Shown here one piece after another: positions 13,450 to 23,664 of a stretch of DNA of 64,000 bases (position 1 is the stretch's first letter; every line of letters begins with the position of its first letter). Source of the DNA: Tubiluchus corallicola. Lineage: Eukaryota > Animalia > Priapulida. The DNA is taken from contig JAQGDQ010000435.1 of the NCBI GenBank assembly GCA_030141605.1, positions 133,996 to 197,995 of the forward strand, given 5' to 3'. Both the position numbers and the translations under genes were made by a program. The notes under the pieces were generated by a model. It was not told the DNA's origin and ran no database searches. It was given only the letters and a program-made list of their open reading frames with translations.

Positions 13450-14252
13450 ATTTAGACATCTCTAGCATCTATGGTTACTAGTTGCTATGCACTCGCATTC
13501 CCAGTGTGTCTGGGAATGAGTGTGTGCCTAGATTTACCATCTGATAGGCAAGCGGGCTTAGCTCCCACGGAGTAAGTATAAATCCGTTTACTGCTACACC
13601 AACATACAGCTAAATATTGGCAAATACAAAAATTTTACAAAAACTGGCGGTCACTATTCACAAAATATCAATTAGAGTACAACGCACTAACGGCCTGTGT
13701 TCCATGAAAAAGCCCGTGCACTAGAAAAACGGCTGCCCGTGAGGCAGTATTTTCATTGAACGACAAAAGTAGAAAGCGTGTTAATGCTTTTAACTGTATA
13801 TAATGTTAAAGCTACCTAAAATTAATTAAGCAGAGTTTTCTGCATGGTTGGCTGGCATTAATTGTCAAATATGTTGACGTCAATTCTTGTTCCACCTCAT
13901 AATGTTAAAATTACATGAATGTAATCCAAATGCATGTAATGCAAAAATATCTTGCTCAGTTTTTTTAAAGTTCAGCTTTCTACTTTGTGTTAGATAATTA
14001 GCTGACACCTTTTCACAGAAATACATCAAGAATTCAACATTTTCAGTCTATCTAAAATTAAAAAGCAACAGCTAGTTATATACTGTAACACATTTTTGAT
14101 TGAGTTCAACAATATCTAATGACGTCTTTTAGGTCAGCAGAAGGTGGTTTGATTGCTACTGGGTTACCTGAAACTGGTTGTGACGTGGAAACCACAGAAA
14201 AGAATCTGTCAAAAACAACTAACAAATTAATCTGGAAATTACAACATTTACA

Positions 14253-17200
14253 ATGGAAAAATTAGACACAGTGGAACGACGAATGAGTGGTAAAGCGTCT
14301 ACTACCTCTGCTACTTTAGATGTACCACAATTAGTTACGCACAGTCGAACAGGCAGTTTGGTTCCAGCAAGAGTAAGTATAATTGCAGAACCCATTCCAA
14401 TTTACGTCTACAAGAATGGCGACAAGTTCTTCAATCCCATAAAGCTGATACTCGATCAGGCTGATACGCTTAATGATGTTCTTCAAAGTGTTGCTTCAAA
14501 AATATTTCTCAATGCTGGCCAAGTGGAGAAGTTATTCCGCATAAAGGATGGCAAAAAAATAACTGATGCTTTAGAATTGAAATCATGGGATCGGTTAGCA
14601 GCAGCCTCGATGCCAGAAAAGTTCCAAAAGGTCAAATATCCACCACCTGAGCTGAAAAAAGATGCTAGAGATCCCAATCGCCTTGTAAAACCAAGAGCTG
14701 AGCACTTTCAAATTGCTAAAGGCTTGGTTATTCGAAAATCAAAGATTCGGCCTACAATAGCAGAGGATCCCAGATTTTACCAGAAAAAATCAAGACTAAG
14801 AGGACAAAGACCATCCCTGCAGTCCAAAGATTCTGCTGATTCTGTTGACACGGGTGGTGAAGAGTTTGCAATTCATGTATGCAAAAATGGTGACAAGTCG
14901 TTTCATCCCTTAACATTAATAATTAACCAAGATACGACACTGGAAGGCCTTCGTGAATACTTATCAACAAAAATTTCTTTTAAAAATGAACCTATTCAGC
15001 AACTGTTCCGACTCCCAGATGGTTTTAAAATCACAGACATAAAAGAGTTGAAACAAGATGATCGATTAGTGGCTTCCACCAAGGGACGCAAGTTTCAGAA
15101 AATAAAATATCCGAAACCAAGTGTTCCAATCTACGTTTATAAAAATGGCGACAAAAGGATACCTGCCGAAAAAGTAATATTGAAAGAAGAAGACACATTA
15201 ACAAAGGTTCTTCAGGAGATTGCAGAAAAAATTCCATTCCCTGAGGGACAACCAGAACGAATGTATCGAATCAGTGATGGTTGTGAAATCAGAGAGGCAA
15301 CTGAGTTGAAATCATGGGACCGTGTAGTAGCTGCTACTAAGGACGAGACATTTCAAAATGTTAACTACCCTCCTCCTGGTGTTCTGATCTATGTGTATAA
15401 AAATGGTGACACTTCTCCTCCCCTAAAACTCATATTGAACACAAATGAGAAACTACAGGAACTTCTTGAAGATATCCAAGCTGAAAAGTTATTCCGCATT
15501 CCTAGTGGTTCTCAAATCAATAACATTAAAGAACTTAAATCAGGAGATCGTGTAGCAGCTGCTGGCATGGACGAAAGTTTTGAAAACATGATTTATGCGT
15601 CTCCTGGTTTTCCAATCTATGTCTATAAAAATGGTAAAAAAGCAGTTGCACCTATAAAAGTTTTGTTGACTGAGCAAGACAAGTTGGAAGAAGTTCTCCA
15701 CGATGTCCATGCAGAGGAACTGTACCGCATTTCTGATGGTTCAAAAATCACAGACATATTAGAGCTGAAGCCAGGAGACCGTTTAGCAGGTGCTACTAAA
15801 GGTGAAGCCTTCCAAAATATTGACTACCTACCACCTGGTTTTCCTGTTTATGTGTACAAGAATGGTGACAAAACTGTTGCACCCATAAAACTAATATTGA
15901 ACCAAGATGATAAGCTAGAGGATATCCTGCAAGATGATGTTGCACCAAACATTGCTTTTCAAGATGGTCATGCTGAGCAATTATATCGTATCTCAGATGG
16001 CAAGAAAATTAGCAATGTCAAGGAGTTGAAACCAGGTGACCGCCTAGCTGCTGCTACAAGTACAGAGAAGTTCTCAAGTTTAGATTACCCTTCACCAGGT
16101 GTGCCAATCCATGTGTACAAAAACGGTGACAAGTCTGTTCCTCCCATAAGAATAATAATGAGCAAAGAAGACAAACTAGAAGAAGTTCTACAAGATATTG
16201 CATCAAAGATTCCTTTTAAAGTGGGCCATGCCGAGCAGCTCTATCAAATTCCAGATGGCTCTAAAGTCAACGATCTAAAATCGTTGCAGTCAGGAGATTG
16301 TCTGGCAGCTGCCACTAATGAAGAAAGTTTCCAAAACATTGATTACCCACCGGCTGGGATACCTCTTTATGTGTACAAAAACGGCAGCAAGGACATTCCA
16401 CCAGCAAAAGTAATGCTGAGTGCAGAAGAAAAGTTAGAAGAGGTTCTGCAAGATGTCGCCTCAAAGATCCCTTTCAAAGATGGCTATGCTGAACAGTTGT
16501 ATCGAATCCCTAATGGTTCCAAAATCAACGATGTAAAATCACTGAAATCAGGTGATCGTTTAGCAGCTGCGACAAATAAAGAAACTTTCCAGAACATTGA
16601 CTACCTACCGTCTAGCATACCTGTCTATGTGTACAAAAATGGTGACACATCTCTTGCTCCCATAAAACTGATATTGAGCTGTGACGATAATATAGATACG
16701 GTTCTTCAAGATGTTGGCAAAAAAATTCCCTTTGAAGATGGTCATCCCAAGCAGCTGTATCGAATTCCTGATGGATCTAAAATTAAAGACGTGAAATCAC
16801 TAAAACCAGGAGACCGTTTGGCAGCTGCCACTGATAAAGAAACTTTCAAAAACATTGATTATCTACCATCTGACATACCTGTTTACGTGTACAAAAATGG
16901 TGATGCATCTATGCTTCCAAAAAAGCTTTCACTAAGCAATGACGATCAATTAGAAACGGTTTTGCAAGATGTTGCTGCTAAGATTCCATTTAAGGAGGGT
17001 CAAGCAGAGCAGTTGTATAGAATTCCTGATGGTTCGAAAATCAAAGATGTAAAATCACTAAAGCCAGGGGACCGTTTAGCAGCTGCCACTAATAAAGAAA
17101 AGTTCCAAAACGTTGACTACCTACCATCTGACATACCTGTTTATGTGTATAAAAACGGCGATGCATCAGTTCCTCCATTAAAGCTAACACTGAATAGTGA

Positions 17201-19433
17201 TGACAAGTTAGATATGGTTCTTCAAGACGTTACCACAAAGATTCCTTTTAAAGACGGTCATGCTGCACAGTTTTATAAAATCCCTGATGGTACTAGAGTT
17301 AAAGATCTAAAAGATCTGAAACCAGGAGACAGGTTGGCAGCTGCCACTAAAAAAGAAGCGTTCCAAAAAATTGTTTACCCACAGCCTGGATTTCCGGTAT
17401 ACGTGTACCGAAATAATGACAAGTCCTTTCCTCCGGTAAGACTGTTTGTGAACAAGGAAGACAAGTTGGAAGAAATTCTGCAGGCTGTTGCCACAAAGGT
17501 TCCTTTCAAAGAAGGTCGTGTTGAGCAACTGTTTCGGATTTCCGATGGCTCTAAAATTAAAGATGTCAAGGACTTAAAATCAGGCGATTGTTTAGCAGCT
17601 GCAACAAATCAAGAAAAGTTTCAGAATACCAACTATGCCCCAGCTGGTCGTCCAATCTATGTGTTCAAAAACGGTGACAAATCTACACCTCCTACAAAAT
17701 TAATATTGACCCAAGATGACAAGTTAAAAGATGTTCTTGAAGGTATCAATGCAAAGCAGCTATATCGCATCTCTGATGGCTCCAAAATTAAAGAACTAAG
17801 TGAACTAAAATCAGGAGAACGTGTTGCAGCAGCAGACGACGGGGAAGATTTTCAAAAGATTGATTATCCAGCTACCAGTTTCCAAATCTATGTATACAAA
17901 AATAGTGATAAGGCCTTTCCCCCTATAAGATTACTGGTGGACCAGGAAAAGAAGGTAGAAGAAATACTTCAAGATGTAGCAACAATGATCTCCTTCAAAG
18001 AGGGTCGTCGTCCCGAACAGCTATTTCGAATACCAGATGGATACAAAATAAAAGATGCAAAAGATCTGAAAACTGGAGATCGTCTAGTCGCTGCCACTAA
18101 AGGAGCCAAGTATCAAAACATTAATTACCTTCCATCTGGTTTCCCAGTTTATGTGTACAAAAACGGCGAGGAATCTTCCCCACCTGTGAGATTTATAGTA
18201 AACGAAAATGATGAGTTACAAGAGATTCTCCAAGCTGTTGCCGAAAAGATCACCTTCAACGAGGGTCACGCTGAACAGTTATTTCATATCCCCGGTGGCT
18301 TTAAAATCAATGAAACGAAAGAGCTGAAACCAGGAGACCGTCTGGCTGCTGCCACAGATCAGGAAAAGTTTAAAAACATTAATTACCTGCCATCTGGTTT
18401 TCCAATATACGTGTACCAAAACGGGAATAAATCTCCTCCTGTGAGACTGCTAGTGAATCAGGAAGACAAGTTAGAACATGTTCTCAAAACCATTTCTACA
18501 AAGATTCCTTTTAAAGAGGGTGGAGCTGAGCAATTGTTTCGAATCCCTGATGGTTCTAAAATCAAGAGTACAAATGACCTTAAATCAGGGGACAGAGTTG
18601 CTGTTGCTGCCACAAAGGAGGCAAAGTTTCAAAACATTGATTACCCACCATCCGGTCTTCAAATATATTTGTACAAAAATGGTGACGTCAATTTTGCTCC
18701 CGTGAAATTAACAGTTAACGAAGACAATACATTAGAAGATATTGTCCAAGATGCTGCAAAGAAGGTTCCTCTAGTGGATGGTCATGTCGAACAGCTGTAT
18801 CGAATAGCTGACGGCTCTAAAATAAAATATGCAAACGAACTGAAGCAAGGGGACCATTTAGCTGCTGCGACTAAAAAGGACAAATTTCAAAACGTTGATT
18901 ATCCACTGGCTGGTGTTCCGGCACACGTGTACCGAAACGGTGATTCATATTCTTCCCCGACGAAATTTATATTGAACAAAGAAGATAATCTAGAAGCAGT
19001 TCTCCAGGACATACCAACTAAGATTCCCTTTGAAACGGGCAAGGCAGAGGTTTTGTACCGGATTCCTGATGGTTCTGTAGTCAATGATTTGAGTGAGTTA
19101 AAACCAGGAGATTGTCTGGCAGCTGCGACTAATGGTGAAGATTTCCAAAATGTTGCTTACAAACCTCTCCTTTCTGGTAAGCGCAGATCTACCAAACCTC
19201 ATAAGGACAAAGGAAAAAGAGCAAAATCAAGCAGTCACGTCGGCCGCTCTATGGGATCACTTGATCACATTTATGGTAGCACTGAAGACCTCCGTGAATG
19301 GTATCTACAGCAGACTCAACCAACTGGCAGTTTCGCGTGGTGGTCCACCTGCTTCGATAGGTCAGACAAATGGAAACAGGAACATGAGGATTTGTATAGG
19401 TTAAAAAAGAAATTCGCAAAACCAAAAATGTAA
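14253..19433 (+). CDS. 1726-aa protein with 18 DCX-like domains (1 plus 17 in direct tandem) and the shared Trp-rich C-terminal motif; CDS in a single exon (family member C)
   Basis: Uninterrupted 5.18-kb ORF. I count 18 units of about 76-87 aa with consensus P[IV]YVYKNGDxxxxPxKLxLxxxDKLExVLQDVAxKIPFKxGxAEQLYRIPDGSKIxDxKxLKxGDRLAAATxxExFQNIxY, which matches the doublecortin domain pattern (NGD loop, LY..DG..I, terminal E.F...Y). Confidence 0.92.
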   Translation: MEKLDTVERRMSGKASTTSATLDVPQLVTHSRTGSLVPARVSIIAEPIPIYVYKNGDKFFNPIKLILDQADTLNDVLQSVASKIFLNAGQVEKLFRIKDGKKITDALELKSWDRLAAASMPEKFQKVKYPPPELKKDARDPNRLVKPRAEHFQIAKGLVIRKSKIRPTIAEDPRFYQKKSRLRGQRPSLQSKDSADSVDTGGEEFAIHVCKNGDKSFHPLTLIINQDTTLEGLREYLSTKISFKNEPIQQLFRLPDGFKITDIKELKQDDRLVASTKGRKFQKIKYPKPSVPIYVYKNGDKRIPAEKVILKEEDTLTKVLQEIAEKIPFPEGQPERMYRISDGCEIREATELKSWDRVVAATKDETFQNVNYPPPGVLIYVYKNGDTSPPLKLILNTNEKLQELLEDIQAEKLFRIPSGSQINNIKELKSGDRVAAAGMDESFENMIYASPGFPIYVYKNGKKAVAPIKVLLTEQDKLEEVLHDVHAEELYRISDGSKITDILELKPGDRLAGATKGEAFQNIDYLPPGFPVYVYKNGDKTVAPIKLILNQDDKLEDILQDDVAPNIAFQDGHAEQLYRISDGKKISNVKELKPGDRLAAATSTEKFSSLDYPSPGVPIHVYKNGDKSVPPIRIIMSKEDKLEEVLQDIASKIPFKVGHAEQLYQIPDGSKVNDLKSLQSGDCLAAATNEESFQNIDYPPAGIPLYVYKNGSKDIPPAKVMLSAEEKLEEVLQDVASKIPFKDGYAEQLYRIPNGSKINDVKSLKSGDRLAAATNKETFQNIDYLPSSIPVYVYKNGDTSLAPIKLILSCDDNIDTVLQDVGKKIPFEDGHPKQLYRIPDGSKIKDVKSLKPGDRLAAATDKETFKNIDYLPSDIPVYVYKNGDASMLPKKLSLSNDDQLETVLQDVAAKIPFKEGQAEQLYRIPDGSKIKDVKSLKPGDRLAAATNKEKFQNVDYLPSDIPVYVYKNGDASVPPLKLTLNSDDKLDMVLQDVTTKIPFKDGHAAQFYKIPDGTRVKDLKDLKPGDRLAAATKKEAFQKIVYPQPGFPVYVYRNNDKSFPPVRLFVNKEDKLEEILQAVATKVPFKEGRVEQLFRISDGSKIKDVKDLKSGDCLAAATNQEKFQNTNYAPAGRPIYVFKNGDKSTPPTKLILTQDDKLKDVLEGINAKQLYRISDGSKIKELSELKSGERVAAADDGEDFQKIDYPATSFQIYVYKNSDKAFPPIRLLVDQEKKVEEILQDVATMISFKEGRRPEQLFRIPDGYKIKDAKDLKTGDRLVAATKGAKYQNINYLPSGFPVYVYKNGEESSPPVRFIVNENDELQEILQAVAEKITFNEGHAEQLFHIPGGFKINETKELKPGDRLAAATDQEKFKNINYLPSGFPIYVYQNGNKSPPVRLLVNQEDKLEHVLKTISTKIPFKEGGAEQLFRIPDGSKIKSTNDLKSGDRVAVAATKEAKFQNIDYPPSGLQIYLYKNGDVNFAPVKLTVNEDNTLEDIVQDAAKKVPLVDGHVEQLYRIADGSKIKYANELKQGDHLAAATKKDKFQNVDYPLAGVPAHVYRNGDSYSSPTKFILNKEDNLEAVLQDIPTKIPFETGKAEVLYRIPDGSVVNDLSELKPGDCLAAATNGEDFQNVAYKPLLSGKRRSTKPHKDKGKRAKSSSHVGRSMGSLDHIYGSTEDLREWYLQQTQPTGSFAWWSTCFDRSDKWKQEHEDLYRLKKKFAKPKM

Positions 19434-20069
19434 AATCTTGGGGTGCATTTCAAGAGAAATGGGAACTTTCGAATTATTATGATAATCACGTATTAAACAT
19501 ATTATTTCAGTAAAAATTTCATAAGTTATAAGATTTAAAAACGTTCGAAAAAAATGAAAAACTGAAAACGCATTGCCTTTACAAATGTTTAAAGTAATAA
19601 AACATAAAATAAAAACGCAACAATGTTTTTTATCAATTAATATGCGCTATTTTTGTTATATTAACATGCATTAAAAAATCTTGTACTTTTGACAATAATA
19701 GGAATTAAACATGTGAGAAGTGAGCATACATTAAGGTTGCTGTTATTTTATTCAGTCAAACACTGTGAAACACTTTATTTATTTGGTCCAAGTAGCTACA
19801 TAAATGCTGACAAAATTTTGTAGGAAAGCAACAACTTTTTCTCGTTATAAGGGGCACTTACTTGCTTACATGTCTATATTTCAAAGTCTTGGAAAATCTT
19901 GGCGGAATATCTCGCGGAAAATAACGAGTAGTCATTTAAGCAATGCTAGATCTGGTTAGTAAATCGATGGGTGATACCACTGAGACGGGTGATTCGTCTG
20001 CCACACTGCCACTAGCTATTTTAACTTTTAAAGAAGGGCTTGTGCGTAAACGTGGCTGAGACACTTGAT

Positions 20070-20600
20070 TGTCAGAACTTCATCATATAGGAATATTTTT
20101 GATATTGAGTTAGGATACAGTCCTGCTAAGACCATTTAAGCCGTGAAAGATGAGAGAAGATGGAATTTTGAAGTCTGTCTCAAAAGGAGTAGACTCCGGT
20201 GCTGCATTATGAGTTGCTCCTGCCGTCGCATGTGACTGCTAATTCTAAAAAATGCGTTGCAGTGTTAACAAAGTTTCGCAAAAATTGTTTTTTAATTAAA
20301 TCAGCAGGAACACGAAGAAATATTACCACATCAATACTTTTGTGGCACCACAATAATTACGTTTGAAAATCTTATCTCAAGGTTTAATGTGCAGCGCTAT
20401 TCTATATTTTCAAATACAGCAAATGTAGTCGCAAGCACATCTTTTAACGCAGGATCAGTAAAGAAGCAGTTCACTAGTCTTCTTTTTTACGAAGGACAGT
20501 GAAAGTTTTTCTTAGTCTGCGACTTAAAATCTACGGAAGACGGTACACTAAAGCAAAGCAACACAGCACAAAGAACTCAATTATATTTCAAGGTCACTAG
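20070..20600 (+). mobile_element. Possible decayed P-element/THAP9-like transposase C-terminal remnant
   Basis: Broken frames translate to LHHIGIF, LLLPSHV and LRRTVKVFLSLRLKIYG...KNSIIFQGH-stop, which resemble the C-terminus of P-element-like transposases. Stops and frameshifts are present and no TIRs were found. Confidence 0.3.
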
Positions 20601-23600
20601 GAACTTCAATTATATTTATAAGCATGGGCTTCACTGAAATTTGGTACATTGCTAATTAACTATATTTCTTTAGAATGGACTTTTCTTGTTGGATCAAGTC
20701 GCTTAACTGTGGACTGTTTCTCAAGTTGTGAAATATTACAAAAAGTTATATTACCAATACCTTAAAAACAATTTCTGGGTATATGGGCAAGTAGTTGATA
20801 TCACCTATGGAACCCCGTAAATTTGATAAACAGAGCTATTTTTTGGATTAGATTTATTTATTTTACCAGGGTAGTTATATCAGCAATATAAATTAAAAAT
20901 GCCAGTTTCCAACTAATTAATTATCTGCTAGCATAAAACTAGGAGCGAAATAACAAATTGTAAATGACTTTCCCGGGAAAGAAATGGTTGCAATTATATT
21001 TGAAAATAGTACAAAATACAGACCTATAATTGCAATCAGAAAAAACTAAGAGGTTATTTTAAATTTCTCTTAGTCGCAAAAATATAAAATTAATGTAAAT
21101 ACACGCGAAACGTCTTCGAATGCAAACTAGCCAGGTATCAACTGATGCTCATCTAACTGTGTGGCGCCTGAGTGTCACTCTCATCTACGGCTACACGCAC
21201 GCGCCGGATGCATTGCATGGTAAAGTGTAAATTTGAAAACGGACGCGTACCAGTCTACGTTCACTCCATGATGGCTGCGTGTGTGTTTGTGAATTTTAGT
21301 GATAGATTCCATCTGGAACCTTTTTTCTAGGTTACTACGAATTTTTTAGTTTTTCTGGTGTAACATTTTTGTAGGCTATAAAATTTTAATGTTGTTTTTT
21401 GACACTATTGTGATTGTCCCGACGGTACGACGATTGCACTAAGTAGATGTATAATTTCAAATTTGCCTGTGTATAAAGTTCATGTGTGTACAAATAGTTC
21501 AGTGTATAAAGTCGTAGTCCGCAGGACCTAAGGCTTAATCTGAACATTTAAGTAGCTTATAACAGTTTTTGCCCGACCTGATTTACCACTGAAAGGTTCA
21601 TCGACAAAATTAATTGGCACTGTTATGGCAGCAACAATGTTTAAGATTTATTGATTTTGCGTGGTTTGTCTTGCTTTATTTTGTTAAAAACGCAAATTGG
21701 AAATTGTTATTGCCGAATGCCGAGTCATTTATTAATGAATATCTGAATATCAAATCATTGCATTGTATAAAAGTATGTAAGTCTAATTTAAATTTACTAC
21801 TGAATGTGAAAGTGTTTGTGTGACCCTGAATTATCAGAAAGGAGAAAATACTAGCTGTAATTAAGTTTCTCCTGTGTAAGTTTGTGGTAAAAATATTTTG
21901 AGTTTAATTGCCAGACCTAAAAGGTAATGAAATGATTAGGCCTAATTATTACAGTGGTTGTGTGTAATTATACTTGGGGAAACATTATGATTCCAGATTT
22001 CCAAATGTGTGCTATATTACCAGACATGCTAGCTTTTTCAGTGCCAGCTCACATTTAATATTCGTAAGTTTTTGGTGCCCCTTTCAGTTTTATCAGCAGT
22101 TATTTCGGTGTTATGAATTCAGGCAAAATTTGCTGTAAGTACGCTTTTTATCATGTGCCCAAATTATAATTTGATGGAAGTATGTAGCCGGGAGGACAGC
22201 TGCACAGAATGCCACTTTCGGGACTTCTGTTAATGTGAAGTCAATTGTTCAATAAACTAAAAGACCTACTGCTGCCAGGCTTAATTCTCCCAAGTTAATT
22301 CTTCTCTGTATTTCATTAAGAGGTAATTGAAATTTTAGCTTTTTAATTTTTCTTAGGTTGCAGTAACAGTATCGCCTTACTGCTTAATTCATAAATTGGT
22401 GATGAGGAGGCAGTATAAGTAACTAATCAAATGCAGTAACCCACATCATGTGTAAGATACGGACCATGTAGAAACGTTACAGACATCGTCTAGTCTTTGA
22501 GCAAAAGTATCAAAGGTTTGAAGGTGAATCAATATGATTTGTTTTGATTTATTTGGTTGTTTATGGAACTTTTCTAATATGTTTAATCAGATAACTTTTG
22601 AAAATACTTGTTTCCATCATCATATAATATGGCATGTATCAATCGTCCATTGACGTTACACCGCCAGCTTCTGCTGCTAAATGGTACGTTCTTTTGCTTC
22701 TCTCCAAATACTTGTCTTTCAAAATTAGAGATGTTTCATTGAGTTCTTTTGTGTAAAATCTATCCATGTTTGCATTCTGCTTCCCTTCGCTTCCTCTTGT
22801 GTCCATCATCAGTCAATTAAGGATGAAAGGAGTGGATTTTAAAACTCTATTCTCACTGGTCACTCTACGTCTAATAACAAATTTAAAATTTTGATGTAAT
22901 CATGTGACAATTATTTCCTAAAAATCAAAAAAGTTTGCACATTAAGTTGACAACCTGGATTTAAATTCCAAAGGGACATCTGTTTTAATCCTTTATTTGA
23001 CATTATTGTTGTTGTTTTTTGCATTCTGTTTAAAGTTCTAAGATCCATTCTTTTCATTTTTATTTGCCTGATAAAGGACACAGCATGTTCGAAAGCTATC
23101 TGATTAGATATGTAAAGGTGTTATATTTTTGTGTTGATTCATTTTCATTACTGTAATCAACTTTTCTAGTAGTTATTTTTAGCATATAGAATTAATGAGG
23201 AAAGGTGATGAATTGAACAGTCCACTATTATTGTATAGGCTAGTTGTCATGGAATTGGCCTCCTAATATTAAATATCTTTAACCAGATTTTTGCTTCTTT
23301 ATTGTTTTAGACAAGTTTGGCTTCATAAATTCAACAGTTCATTCCATCATTAACAAATTATTTTGATTTTGACAAATAATTAGTTATTCAATCTGGACAT
23401 TAAACGATTTTTGTTATTAATTTGTATAATTAATCGTTTGAACTGTATAGCCCTTGGGGTCTAATTTTATGAATTTTTACTTTCAAAAATTAGACTGCAA
23501 ATTTTTTTTATTGTTTTTTTGGCTGTAGCTATAAATGTTGATTTTGCATAAGAATGTCCTCCGCCCATCTTCCATTTTTATTGTGTCATTAAATGAAAAA

Positions 23601-23664
23601 TCTCAGTCAAAATGATAAACCTGTGTGAATATTTTACAGGGCATATCAGAGATATAGCTCTAGA

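Noticed and set aside
13070-13481. REEKR/LLFSS/PCLAL ORFs
   Set aside because: They are translations of a pentanucleotide microsatellite.
14253-19433. Idea that the 18-repeat protein is a polyubiquitin-like precursor cleaved into monomers
   Set aside because: The junctions have no Gly-Gly or other conserved protease site, and the repeats are too divergent for polyubiquitin-style homogenisation.
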